A stretch of 64,000 nt of DNA from Naegleria gruberi (lineage: Eukaryota): NCBI GenBank assembly GCA_000004985.1, contig GG738845.1. One strand, given 5' to 3'. The notes below the pieces were generated by a model, which worked only from the letters and a program-made list of their open reading frames with translations, made no database searches and was not told the DNA's origin. This document shows, in pieces, positions 23,808 through 35,329 of the stretch (its first letter is position 1; every line of letters begins with the position of its first letter). The position numbers were made by a program, and so were the translations under genes.

Positions 23808-24386
23808 TTAATCTTTTTTTACTTTAAAATTATTATCCAAAGTAGAAAGGATAATCGTAAATAATATCACAATAAGAGTCGTAAGGAGATTTAATTTAAT
23901 CACGTATGGAAGAATTGAAATTAATTTAATATTAATTTCAAATAAAATAATAAGAACAATTAATTTTTCCAAAATTGAAATTGATATATGTAATGCAATA
24001 CAAGTAAATCCAATATAGGGTCTATTAATATTGAATTTGGTCCAAAAAATTGTCAATAACATGGTAATAAACGGCACAGTGAATAATACATTAAAAATTG
24101 TTATGATAATATGGTAAAATATCTGTTCCGAAGTTAATTGTTTTGAAATAAATTCATAAATATCATTTGATGTATTCATTAAATTAAATTCTATTGGAAT
24201 TTGATTATTCAATTTGGTAGTAATAATAAAATATTCAATTAACACTATTGTCATTAATATTATTCCGAACATGACCATTGTTGCTAATCCACTCGAAGAA
24301 TTGGTATTAGTACTAGCATTGTGAATTGTTGTTGTTGTTGATGGTGTTGAAGAAGTAATTGTCTTGTTGGTATCTGATGAAGACAT
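23808..24386 (-). CDS. hypothetical small multi-pass (about 4 TM) membrane protein
   Basis: Ser/Thr-rich N-terminus followed by four hydrophobic helices. Very AT-rich. No family recognised. Confidence 0.35.
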   Translation of the reverse strand: MSSSDTNKTITSSTPSTTTTIHNASTNTNSSSGLATMVMFGIILMTIVLIEYFIITTKLNNQIPIEFNLMNTSNDIYEFISKQLTSEQIFYHIIITIFNVLFTVPFITMLLTIFWTKFNINRPYIGFTCIALHISISILEKLIVLIILFEINIKLISILPYVIKLNLLTTLIVILFTIILSTLDNNFKVKKD

Positions 24387-24578
24387 TTTTTAATTTTAAA
24401 TTAAAATTGAAATCTTGAACTTTTTCATAAAGAAAAAAATACCATAATAATTAACGGGCATCAATTTCTGCTAAAATCTTTTATTGAATTATGGGAATGT
24501 GCAATGTGCAGTACTGAAGAATAATATATACAAAGTATTTAACCATATATTATACAGATACGATTGCTAGATTTTATT

Positions 24579-24908
24579 ATGGATGCCAATCATTATTTAT
24601 TATTTGAATATTTCAAATTGCAAATATCCAAACAAGTTTATATAAATGTTGAAACTTTTAATCGAGATACCATTAGTGGAAATTTAGTAAATATTGATAA
24701 ATCATTGAATATGGAATTAAATAATGTAAATTATGTAAAATATAAACCTAAAATATTTACAAACAAACAAGTGATTGATAATTCAAAAACATTACAATTT
24801 AATCAAATGTATATTAAAGGAATTCATGTAAAATATATTTATTTAAATAATGAACCAGTAAAAACAGTGGAATATGTATTTGATTATAGTGTACGTATTA
24901 ATATTTGA
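24579..24908 (+). CDS. Sm-like (LSm) fold protein
   Basis: The Sm1 motif ISGNLVNIDKSLNMELNNV matches the G-x-L-x3-D-x3-N-x2-L spacing. Sm2 is MYIKGIHVKYIYL. The loop between them is longer than usual. The track start is an upstream TTG. The first ATG is at about 24579. Confidence 0.4.
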   Translation: MDANHYLLFEYFKLQISKQVYINVETFNRDTISGNLVNIDKSLNMELNNVNYVKYKPKIFTNKQVIDNSKTLQFNQMYIKGIHVKYIYLNNEPVKTVEYVFDYSVRINI

Positions 24909-25106
24909 ATTTAAATAATTTAATTTTTTCAATTGAAAAGAAACAAATTAAAATTTATTTTGATAATCAACACAAGAGAAAAAAGAAACAAACTGTCCAT
25001 CGACCCAAGCCAAGAACCATAATTTCTGACAAGATGATCATTCGAGATTATTAAAATTTATCCTTTTTTATATTCCTCAAGTCACAAAATTTCCTATTAT
25101 AAAAAA

Positions 25107-26027
25107 ATGTTCAAACAATCATCAAGCAAAATTCTACCATCACTCACATCGGTGAGCAAGAGATCATCATGGAATTTAATAATTAAAAAGAATTACTCTG
25201 CTCGTTTTTTTCAAACTAGACAATCAAAATCATTGCACGTTGCTTCTACCAACACTTCTGTTGCAACAAATTCATCATCACCATCATCCGTTGATATTCA
25301 TGAAGTGAACAAGTTTTCATTACTTGCAAGAACTAATGAATGGTGGAATCCTAATGGAGCTTTAAAAACTCTTCATCACATTAATCCAACACGTATGGAA
25401 TATATCCGATCACAAATTGTTAAACATTTTAATATCAGTGATAATACACATGAACCATTGAAGGGACTGAATATATTGGATGTTGGTTGTGGAGGCGGTC
25501 TTGTTTCTGAATGTTTGGCAAGATTAGGTGCTAATGTAACTGGATTGGATGCTTCTCTGGATAATATTAATATTGCCAGAACACATAATACTTCATTGAA
25601 TAATTTAAATTATATTCACTCTACAGTTGAAAATTTACTTTATAATAATGAAAGTACAAAATTCGATTGTATTGTATCAGTGGAAGTTATTGAACACGTA
25701 GCTCATGCTCAATCATTTGTTCATAATTTATCAAAATTGTTAAAACCTAATGGATTTCTCATTCTCAGTACAATGAACAGAACTCCAAAATCATACTTGT
25801 ATACCATTGTGATGGCAGAATATGTTTTAAATTTGGTACCTAGAGGAACACACGAATGGAGAAAATATGTTACTCCACAAGAAATGGTCATTTTCATGAA
25901 TCAAGCCAATGTCAAACTATATGATGTTCAAGGAATGGAATATAATCCACTCTTGAATAAGGCATTCATTGAAAAGAATACTGAAATTGATGTTAATTAT
26001 TTCATTACAGGTGTCAAGCAAGAATAA
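25107..26027 (+). CDS. COQ3: ubiquinone biosynthesis O-methyltransferase (COQ3/UbiG family), mitochondrial
   Basis: WWNPNGALKTLHHINPTRMEYI. SAM-binding motif LNILDVGCGGGLVSECLARLGANVTGLDAS. Also FDCIVSVEVIEHV and LKPNGFLILST. N-terminal presequence-like region. Confidence 0.8.
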   Translation: MFKQSSSKILPSLTSVSKRSSWNLIIKKNYSARFFQTRQSKSLHVASTNTSVATNSSSPSSVDIHEVNKFSLLARTNEWWNPNGALKTLHHINPTRMEYIRSQIVKHFNISDNTHEPLKGLNILDVGCGGGLVSECLARLGANVTGLDASLDNINIARTHNTSLNNLNYIHSTVENLLYNNESTKFDCIVSVEVIEHVAHAQSFVHNLSKLLKPNGFLILSTMNRTPKSYLYTIVMAEYVLNLVPRGTHEWRKYVTPQEMVIFMNQANVKLYDVQGMEYNPLLNKAFIEKNTEIDVNYFITGVKQE

Positions 26028-26054
26028 ATTTCAGGGTTCAACTCAATTGTAAAC

Positions 26055-27626
26055 ATGCAAATCTTTTTTGATAACTACGAGCAGTTGGTAGAATTGTTTT
26101 CCCGCCATTTTAAAAAGTTAAATATAAAAAAAATGCCTCAACTTCAATTAAATGTGTTGTTCAGCAATGGAAAGGCAATTTGCTTTTTCCCAACCACATC
26201 ACTACAAACAAGAGAAGAGTTTGAATTGTTCTTGGAAAGAGAGTATGAAAAATTCTATCCTACCGATAGTGTTGCTATAAAAAATGTACAATATCTTTAT
26301 GTAGATAAGAACAATACTCCGATCAAGTTTGAATTGCCAACAAATTGGGATGATATCATTTCAAAGTCTCCAGCTAGGTCTAATATTGTAGAAATAATAT
26401 TTGGCAAAAATCCAATGATTTTTGTGGAATTGGACAATCAACCAAAGCAAAACATTCAATACGAAATTGTTTCACCAATACCAGCATCATCTAGAAAAAA
26501 GCAAGTAGAACGTTCTACTATCAGCAATGTAGCAACTTCACTTGAATTCTCTACAAGTAGTGCAACAAGTAATGATGATGAAAAAGTTGTAATATTTGAA
26601 GAGGATGACGATTCAATTTTTGATAAGTTTATTGAAACTAAAGAATTGGAAAAGAAACAAACTATTTCCCCAGAAATTCCACAATCATCAGCAGTTGTCG
26701 ATAAAAAAGAGAATGAAACACCAGCCACCACCACTACAATTACATCAAACCAAAATTCTCAACCAAGTCAAGATTCTCCAGAAATTGATTTTGATGAAGA
26801 TATTATCTTTTCAGACAATGAGGAACAACATGTGGAAAAACAACTCTTCCCTGAGGAATCTGCACAAAAGAGTCAAGAATCTGACTCTATGGTTATTGAC
26901 GACCTATCTCCTCTTATGGATGACATATTGAGCCAATCAAATGAAGAACCTGTAAAAATGACTGATGAGCTTAATGAAGCACTCTGTACACAAGCTGTAG
27001 ATACACTCCTCACTCGTGATGAATCATCTCAAAAAGAAGAGGTTACCAAGAAGGTTGACCAACCAGAACAATCAAAGCAAAGTCAACCTCTATCAACACC
27101 TCAAAAATCATCATCTCAACCAAAATCTTCACAAGAGAAGAAGGTGGCACCAGTTTTTACTCCAAAATCCTCACAAGAGAGGAAACAGGAACAAAAAGCT
27201 ACTCCAAAATCCTCAACACAAGAGAAGAAAGTAATTACAACACCAAAATCTTCACAAGAAAAGGTAACAACTCCAAAAGCCTCTCAAGAACAAAAAGCCT
27301 CACAAGAGAAGAAACAAATTACAACCCCAAAAGCATCTTCACAAGAAAAGGCAATAACACCAAAATCCTCACAAGAGAAGAAACCAGCAACAAATGAAAA
27401 TAACTCAACCAACAAGCCAGTCAAACAATTAACACCAAAAACTCCTATCTCAATATTATCAAAGGTGAAGAATTACAAAACACCTAACCCTTCACAAAAT
27501 CCTAGAGAGCAAGTTGCAGAAAAATCAAAGAGCACAACCAAAAAGAGGAAGAGAGATCAACTTTCTTCTATCATTGCTAAAAAGGCCATCGACTCATTGT
27601 CTTCCAGTAAGAAGAAAAATAAATAG
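26055..27626 (+). CDS. hypothetical nuclear(?) protein with a conserved N-terminal domain, an acidic middle and tandem TPKSSQEKK repeats
   Basis: Repeats of (T)PKSSQEKK(x) occur 8 or more times. C-terminal basic stretch KKRKRDQL. No family recognised. Confidence 0.5.
   Translation: MQIFFDNYEQLVELFSRHFKKLNIKKMPQLQLNVLFSNGKAICFFPTTSLQTREEFELFLEREYEKFYPTDSVAIKNVQYLYVDKNNTPIKFELPTNWDDIISKSPARSNIVEIIFGKNPMIFVELDNQPKQNIQYEIVSPIPASSRKKQVERSTISNVATSLEFSTSSATSNDDEKVVIFEEDDDSIFDKFIETKELEKKQTISPEIPQSSAVVDKKENETPATTTTITSNQNSQPSQDSPEIDFDEDIIFSDNEEQHVEKQLFPEESAQKSQESDSMVIDDLSPLMDDILSQSNEEPVKMTDELNEALCTQAVDTLLTRDESSQKEEVTKKVDQPEQSKQSQPLSTPQKSSSQPKSSQEKKVAPVFTPKSSQERKQEQKATPKSSTQEKKVITTPKSSQEKVTTPKASQEQKASQEKKQITTPKASSQEKAITPKSSQEKKPATNENNSTNKPVKQLTPKTPISILSKVKNYKTPNPSQNPREQVAEKSKSTTKKRKRDQLSSIIAKKAIDSLSSSKKKNK
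27100..27400 (+). repeat. in-frame tandem coding repeat (about 27-30 nt unit encoding TPKSSQEKK variants)
   Basis: The nucleotide unit ccaaaatcctcacaagagaagaaa is visibly repeated. Confidence 0.5.
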
Positions 27627-27833
27627 GTTTTCAGCATTACAACATTTATTGAAATACCTGGAGAACAATGATTAAGAGAGAACTTCACATGAACGATTTC
27701 TCAAAGTTTCCAACAGTTTAGGAGAGGTGATGCAAAATAGCCTAGGATTCTTATTGTTCAGGCAGATTCTATGAGATCCAAACATCGTGCAAAGAACAAA
27801 TTCAGGACACAATTACACATGACAAGAATGAAT

Positions 27834-29349
27834 TTAATCATCTTCATAATCACTATCACTATCCTCAATAGCACTGGTTTTCTTCTTTTTGGTTGGTGGT
27901 TTTGTAGGTCTCTTCTTCTTTTGGTTGGGTGTAACTTGTTTCTTTTCAAAAACAACTTTTTCATCATCTTCAGGAAGTGAAGGGACTGTTGGTATGTAAA
28001 AATTTTCGTCTTGAAACGTGTTCATATCACTAGGTTTGGCAAAAATGTCTATTATTTGGGATTCGTCTTCTAAATTCGAAGGATACAGAGCTGTTTTGAA
28101 TTCATTTTCACAATCGTTATCGTATTCATTTTCTCTTTCAATATACATTTCATTACAATCTATTTCATCAAAATCTGGAGAGAATGCACTCCAATTTTCC
28201 ACAACGTGTTTAGTCCAAAATAAAATATTAGCTCCAATGGTTGCCGTTACAACAACAGGTCTTATATATTTGAAATTTTGAGGATGACACGTTAATGCAG
28301 TTATATTTTCATTATATGGACATTCTAGAATTTTTACAAGCTCACCATAAATAATATATTCATAAATTAGTACTTTGCTTCCATTAGTTGCTAATAAATA
28401 ACTTGAATCATTGTGTACTGTTGTAGAATTCAAGAAGGAGCAGAGTGTATAATTTTCATGCATAATTGCATTCTTAAACTCCTTAATTTTTGTAAAGTTC
28501 ACAAACTCTCCATTTCTTGTCTTTTCAAACTCGACTTTAAAAACATGAATGGCCATTCTAGTATTCACTGCAATATACCCACCATTCTTTGAAAATTCTA
28601 ACTGTACAATAAAGTAAAACTTATTAGTTACTACTTGCTTTGATTTCAAATCAATATTGACATCTTCGGAAATGTGAAATGGTGTATCAACTGGATGTGA
28701 TTGAAATGGAACAACTCTTAATGTTTCTGTATTTACAACTACTATTTGTCCAACAGTGTTTCCGATGAATATATATTTTCCACAAGGTGTGAAAAGTCCT
28801 CCGACACAATCCTTTCTCTTTACCTTGTATTCATGAAGTTTGATTGGAAGTTGTCTCCTCTCATCAGTTTGCCAATTTACAAGAAAAGGTGGATTATCAA
28901 CTGTGCAACAAAGTACTAAACTCCTATTAAAACACATTAAAAATTATTGTAGTACTAAATAATACCTACTCATTAGATGGACAAAGGTAGGTTCTTATCA
29001 GTGGAGTTGGCATTTCAATTTTCTTTATACATCTACGTTCAATTATATCACAAATAAAAACCTTTGTAGAACAAGCCACCAGAATATATCTATAATCTTT
29101 AAACCATTCTATTGCAGAAATGGGATAAGATTCAATCATTGTTATATGTGAAATTAGCGAGAGAGTATCATAGTCATACACTCGCAAGGCTCCATCAACA
29201 CATCCGATGGCAATTAAATTTCCTCTATGATTAAATTTTACAGCAGTTCCCATCTTTTCTGCCTCGCTAAGACTAAAACCCTCTCCCAAGTCTTCCGGAT
29301 AGGCATCAATTAGCTTATCCAGCGAGGAACCCATCATTAAAATATTCAT
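27834..29349 (-). CDS. RBBP5: RBBP5/Swd1-like WD40 subunit of the SET1/COMPASS H3K4 methyltransferase complex; 2 exons, about 46-nt intron near 28924..28969
   Basis: Exon 1 YPEDLGEGF...NLIAIGCVDGALRVYDYDTL...YILVACSTKVFICDI is collinear with human RBBP5 (YPEEADGTL...TLLAVGCNDGRIVIWDFLT). Exon 2 contains ILFWTKHVVENWSAFSPDFDEIDCNEMYIERENEYD, matching [36 protein letters not shown]. The splice GA|GTAGGT...TTTTAATAG|G restores the frame. The two track ORFs (28966..29349 and 27834..28937) are fused. Confidence 0.8.
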
Positions 29350-29384
29350 TTTTTTTTAATAATAAATATTATTGTGTGATGTAG

Positions 29385-29399
29385 ATTTGGCGCCAAATT
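29385..29399. promoter_or_regulatory. E2F-like palindrome ATTTGGCGCCAAATT, about 36 bp upstream of the RBBP5 ATG
   Basis: Near-perfect 15-bp palindrome containing the TTTGGCGC core on both strands. Confidence 0.4.
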
Positions 29400-30377
29400 G
29401 TATTTGAGCAGATTCAATTCAATTTTGCGTATTATGGTTCAAATGCTGATATAACACTGTCTCTTCAAATAAATATCAAAACAATTACATTGATCACAAA
29501 CTAACACACTGCAATAATTACCTATAGAATTAGAACAGTTTAGAATGTTGGTAAATGGTTCACTCTGATCTTATTATAAAATGTTATGATCCCCACATTC
29601 TTCAACCTCAATATTTGTTGGCGTTTAATGTTGGCAATCATTCATGCTTGATTTCTATTGTTGTTAAGGATCGGTACAATACACTAAACAGCAGTATCTC
29701 CCTTATTTTCAACCTACTAAACCAATGCTGCAATATGCATACCATTGTTTGAAACAATCAACACACCACATGAACCATTGAAATACTGTGGCATAATCGA
29801 TTCATTCGATAAAGACCAAAATTAAGAGTACAAATGTTGACAGTAAACTCCAGTAAGCGCGAGATTTGTATTAAAATTACACGCTCTGTTTAATCCCTAT
29901 AATCGCTCGTAAAAATCTCTGGTGGTCCATACCTTAGGAACCTTGATAGAAAATCTCCTCTATAACAAGGAATGCATTGTTATCTTTAGCTGAAATTACA
30001 CTAGTGAGCGCGATGTGAAACTTCTTAGTAAACCTTCGCCCTGATCCGAAAGGTACAGTTTGAATGTGCCCCTCATATTATAGAGAGAAGTAACCATCCA
30101 TTTTCACAACAACTCAATGTGGTATCCCTTCCACACACAACCAACACAACACCCCAATCTCAGCCAAAACATATATAGTGGTGTTAGAGAAATGGAGAGA
30201 GCATTATTCAAAAAAACAACTTTAATCCCCTCCCAAAGCTTGGCTACGTGTCTGTAGACTGGTTGTGTACATTCAATCCATCACTCCATTACCAATCCCT
30301 ATTTATCAACACCACCATCACTAATCTTCCCTAACTCATTTTTCATTTTCCTCAATTCTTAACAATACACTGACATT

Positions 30378-31031
30378 TTGAACATGTTTGCCTTAACTTC
30401 ATCACCAATACCAACTAGTAATGGAACGATCTCACACTTGGTTAACTTAACCAATGTAAAAACTTCCACTCATATATTATGTGTTCCTGACTATACGTCC
30501 TCATCAACCACTAGTCAAAACTCTGATGAGTATGTTTCAATTCTGAAAAGAAGTAACAACCGTACTCGTAAATCTCTCATTCTTGATGAAGATTCCACTT
30601 CAAGTTCCAATGAAGACGAAGGCAAGTCAAGAATGAGATCAGTAGACTTGAAAAACACGTTTACCACCTCACACCAATCTCAAATCATTCGGTGCAATAG
30701 AACAAGTGCCAATCAAAAGAGTTACATTTGCTATGATGATATTAAGAAGCATTTCTTTCTTCCAGAAGGAGAAGCTGCAAAACGTTTGGGGTGCTCCAAG
30801 AGTAAGCTCAAAAGAATCAAGACAAGACTCAATATTGAACGTTGGCCATACAGAAGAATCCAATCTCTGTTAAACCAAAAGTCAAGTTCCAACAAGGAAA
30901 ATTCAAGGTTGATTGACTTGGCTGTTGATTTTGTTTTGAATTATCCAAACTTAATTACCAAATATTCCAATGATGATATTTCTCTTATTGCCAAACGTTT
31001 TGATAGAGTCAAGATTAGTAACCTTTTGTAA
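30378..31031 (+). CDS. RWP-RK domain putative transcription factor
   Basis: C-terminal RWP-RK motif: ICYDDIKKHFFLPEGEAAKRLGCSKSKLKRIKTRLNIERWPYRRI. S/T-rich N-terminus. A roughly 1-kb GC-richer non-coding leader lies upstream. Confidence 0.65.
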   Translation: MNMFALTSSPIPTSNGTISHLVNLTNVKTSTHILCVPDYTSSSTTSQNSDEYVSILKRSNNRTRKSLILDEDSTSSSNEDEGKSRMRSVDLKNTFTTSHQSQIIRCNRTSANQKSYICYDDIKKHFFLPEGEAAKRLGCSKSKLKRIKTRLNIERWPYRRIQSLLNQKSSSNKENSRLIDLAVDFVLNYPNLITKYSNDDISLIAKRFDRVKISNLL

Positions 31032-31272
31032 TAGGACATGTTGTCCGATGATTTTACCCTTATTGCATTGTTAATATCAAGTCTGTATATAGAGTCCCCC
31101 AATTTTGCTTTCACTTATTGAACAATAAACATCAGTAACTGTTCCCACCAGATGTGCCAATAATGAACTCTGGTTCGATACCACACAAACCATTCATTGT
31201 AATTTGTTGGTTTGGGAGTGGGTTGCTGAAAATGTAAGAAAATACTATAACAGCTCATTGAGTTCAAAGAAG

Positions 31273-34200
31273 TTAATTGTTGTTGTTATTATTGTTGGCA
31301 GGAATCGACATTAAAGTTGGATTAATAGTAATACTCTTGGTCACATCATTTGTCTTGTAGATTCCAACAAGAGTATTTGCTAATTCAAACATATTGTTTC
31401 TTAAACTAATAATGATAAATTGAGCATCATTTCTTGTTCTCTCCTTTACATAATTTGCTACTATCGAAACATTTCTAAAATCCAAGGCAGCATCAATTTC
31501 ATCCATAACATATATTGGTGTTGGCTTATAGTAATGCAAGGCAAAAACTAAAGCAAGAGAAGAAAGAGTCTTCTCACCACCAGATAGATTAGAAATATTC
31601 TTCCAACTCTTCTTTGGTGGTCTTACTGAGAAAACAATACCCTCAGAAAAAGGATCTAAACTGTCTACTAATTCTAATTCAGCATCACCACCAAGGGTAA
31701 TGGTTTGGTAAATTTCTTTCAGTTTCATTGTAATATTAGTAAATCCTTTCATGAACTCATCAAGTCTTCTCTTTCTGAGATCTTCGTATTCCTTTTGTGC
31801 CTTATTTCTTGATTGGGTTACCGTTTCAAATTCCTTGTTTTTCATTTGATAATCATCTTCCTTCTTTTTAAATTCATCAATAGCTGACATATTTGGCTTC
31901 ATCTTTTCCAGTTCGGATTCAATAACTGTAATATCATAATTGAGTGTATCAAAACCAATTTCGGAAAGTTCTAAATCAGTTTTTCTTTTCAATTTCTTTG
32001 AAAGACTCTTTCCTATTGGATTAAAAGATACTTCTTCAGCATTTGTAATCTCATCCTCACTAGTGTCCATATTGTCCTCATTACCTCTCTTTTCTCTTTC
32101 TATTAAATCTTCCATTTCAATTAACACAGCAAAATCTTCATCGAATGATTTTTCAATCTTTTCAATTTCTTCCTTCTTCCTAGTGAAGAGTCTTTCAGTA
32201 TCTCTTAATTCTTTGCTAATATCTTCAAGAGTATTTTTCAACTCTAGTTCTTTTTCTCTAACGGTTTTGATTTCCAGCTTTACAGCTTCAAACTCACTTT
32301 CTTTATGTTTGAGAACATCTTCTTTTCCCTTTAGTTCTTCTTTCAAGCGTGATATTTCGTCGTTTAATGTAACACCCTGGTCTTCTAGTTGCTTTCTCTG
32401 TTCCTCAAGGGTTTCTATCTTCTTGACAATCATTTCAGCTTCTTTAATATCGGATGTGGTTTGCTTTTCCAATTTTGCTAATTGTTTTTGTTTACTCTCT
32501 TTCTGCACCTGAATCTTGCTTACCTTGTCTTGGGCTTCATCCAATTGCTTAGTCAATTGCCTAACTGTTTCGTTTTGTTTTTTTAGTTTTCCTCCACCAG
32601 CATTGTCAATTTGTTTTGTTATTTCCTTAATTTCCTTGTCTATATCTTCGTATTGCTTTTTGTGTTTTTCAAGCCTTTTCTCTAGCTCTTCTAATTCTTC
32701 ATTTAGAGATTCAATTTCCTGTTCATACTTGCTAAGGTCCTCGGTTTTCATTTGATCCTGGATATCCTTAACTTGCTTCTCTAGATCAGAAATAGTATTT
32801 GAAAGAGATTTTGTATCCAAATCTATTTCCCTAATACTAGTATCAGACTTTTTACTCGCTATTCTAAGATTACTTATTTGTTGAGTTAATGAAGATCTGT
32901 TTTGTAAGGTGGCTCCCAGTTCAGTTTCAGCTTTTTGAAGAGATTGTTCTGCTTCTTCTACCTCTTCTTCGGTTATACGTACCATTTTCTTTAATCCTCC
33001 AGTGAAGGTCATTAATCCTCTTGCAGTTGATTTTGCACCTCCACCACCACTCAAAGTACCACTGTCTTCTATTACCTCACCATTAAGAGTAACCACTCTC
33101 CATCTTTTTTGATTGTATTTGGAGGCAACTGTTGCCTTGTCCAAATCTTGGGCTACAATGGTATTTTGGAATGCAAAGTGGAATGCAAGTTTGAATTTTT
33201 CATCTGTAGTAATCAAGTCAACTAAAAGTTGGGTTCCTTCCGGAAGTGGACCTGGATTTTGGGGTTTTTTAATCACATCCATAATAATGAATGTAGCGAT
33301 ACCAATATTGCTTTTTTTGAGATAGTCAACACATTTGGTGGCACTTTCAGTTGTTTCTACCACGATACCATTTAACAAACCATTGGCAGAAGCAGCAAGA
33401 TCATACTTTTGATCTATAGTTCCTAAATCACCTAATCTTCCACATACACCTGGAATGTTTGAGTTGTTGACAAGTGCTTTTACAACTTTGTTCTGAGAGG
33501 CACTGTTTTGTTGATCTGTTTTCAACGTATGGAAGCGTTGTCTAAGCGTTCTTACTTGTTGTTCTGATTCTTGGAGACCAGAATTGGTTTGAGCCAACTG
33601 TTCTTCCTTTTCTTTTATCTTATCGAAAATTGACTTTTGAACTCTTTCCTCTCCCTCTCTTTGTTGTTTTTTAGTAGTTAGTTCAGCTTTGACCTTTTCA
33701 ATTTCTTGCTTTTTTCTTTCCAAATCTGTTTTTGAACTATTTCTCTTAGAAGTTAGTAACTCTATTGTAGATTGTTTAACACTAATATCTTCATTAATCT
33801 TATTTTCTTTTTGTTTGAAAGGGGCTAACTCCTTTTGCTTTGTTTCCTTTTGTTTGGAGAGATCTGCAATTTCTTTTTTACATTCAGAATACAATTCTTC
33901 ACAGACTTGAGTTGCCTTTTCCAACTCTGGAGCTAACGAGACTATTTCTTCGTTGGTATTATTCTCATCATTTTCCAATTCTTGTATTTGTGACAGTATT
34001 TCTTCCTTTTTTGTTGAAGCTGTTTTGATGGACTTTTCTAGATTTTGTTTTCTGGTTTTCTCAAGTTTAACTTCTTCTTTGAGTTGTTGATCTTGATTCT
34101 CGAGGTCTGAAAATTTCTTATTGACTTTTTGTAATTGTTTTGAAACGGTCTCTGCTTCTTTTTTAGCATTCTTAAATTCTTCCTCTTTGGAGCCTATTTG

Positions 34201-35221
34201 TTGTTGGACCGTTTGAAGTTTTTCCTTCTCTTCATTATATTGTTTTTCCTTTGTCTCGTGTTCTTTTTTCTTATTGTCAAGTCTTAATGAGGCGTCCACT
34301 AAGTGTTTCTGAATAAGTGTGTGTTTCTTCTCCACTAAGTGCCTTTTCTTTTTTAAAAAATTGACAGCTTCTTTCATTGGACCCTCCAATGATTCTTTCT
34401 CTTTTCTAGCACGGTTTGCTCTATTCATCTTTTCTTGTCTTTGGTCGTTTAGCTCTTCTACTAATACAAGTGATTTTTCAATTTTTTCTACATATTTGTT
34501 TGTTCCTATAATATCTTCAATATATTCGAGAAGACCCTCTTCATTCTCAGAAGGAGCCTTTGGTTTCATTAGTGAAATTTGTTCCACTTCTCCTTGGAGG
34601 ATTAAAAATCTGTTATTGTCCAAATCAATTCCTTTAGACATGAGTAATTTTGTCACCTCTGCAAATGAGCTCTTCTTTTCATTTAATTTGTACACAGAGT
34701 TACTATTTCTAGTTACAGTTCTTGTTACCACAAACTCGGATTTTGGTACTAATTGGTAATCTTCTTCATCTGTTGTTTCGTTTTTGATGTAAATTTCTGC
34801 AAAATGAACAGAAACAGAGGCATGAGAAAGATCTGGATAATTTTTGGAAGAGTGAATCAATTCAGAAAGTTTCTTCAGTCTCAACTTCTTTCCCTTCTTA
34901 CCAAATACGAATTGAATTGCATCAATAACGTTTGACTTTCCAGATCCATTCGGACCAACAATACAAGTGAAACTCTAAAATAAATTGTAAATAATAAATT
35001 TAACATCAACAAACCTTGTGGAAAGGTCCAATCTCTCTTTCTCCTGCATACGATTTAAAATTAGTCATCACCATCTTTTGAATTATCAATCTTTTTGTTA
35101 AAATTTTACCATCACCAGAAACTAATAGTTCGCTTGTTGATTGTTCTTGATCGTTGTTTTCAGCTTCGGATGATGAAGACATTTCGTCATCTTCAATGAT
35201 AGAATGTTCGTCGTCAGACAT
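31273..35221 (-). CDS. SMC4: structural maintenance of chromosomes protein 4 (condensin subunit); 2 exons, about 40-nt intron near 34975..35014
   Basis: Exon 1 (...RLIIQKMVMTNFKSYAGEREIGPFHK) is spliced by GTTTGT...TTTTAG to the Walker-A exon SFTCIVGPNGSGKSNVIDAIQFVFGKKGKKLRLKKLSELIHSS. Long coiled coils and a hinge follow. The C-terminal signature and Walker B are LSGGEKTLSSLALVFALHYYKPTPIYVMDEIDAALDFRNVSIVANYV...FIIISLRNNMFELA. This is collinear with human SMC4. Confidence 0.9.
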
Positions 35222-35247
35222 TTTTTTTGTGATTTATTTTAAAATAA

Positions 35248-35256
35248 TTTTGGCGG
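35248..35256. promoter_or_regulatory. E2F-like half-site TTTTGGCGG, about 27 bp upstream of the SMC4 ATG
   Basis: TTTGGCGG core immediately 5' of a canonical E2F-target gene. Confidence 0.3.
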
Positions 35257-35329
35257 TAAAGATTGCCACCAAACTTTCTTGTGTGATAAGTGCATCAAGC
35301 TTAATTAGAATTATATACATTTATTGTAT

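Noticed and set aside
31940-32755. Ser/Phe-rich ORFs antisense to SMC4 (190 aa, 79 aa and others)
   Set aside because: They are the antisense of the GAA/AAG-rich coiled-coil coding sequence. They have no start context and no domains. They are artefacts of codon composition.
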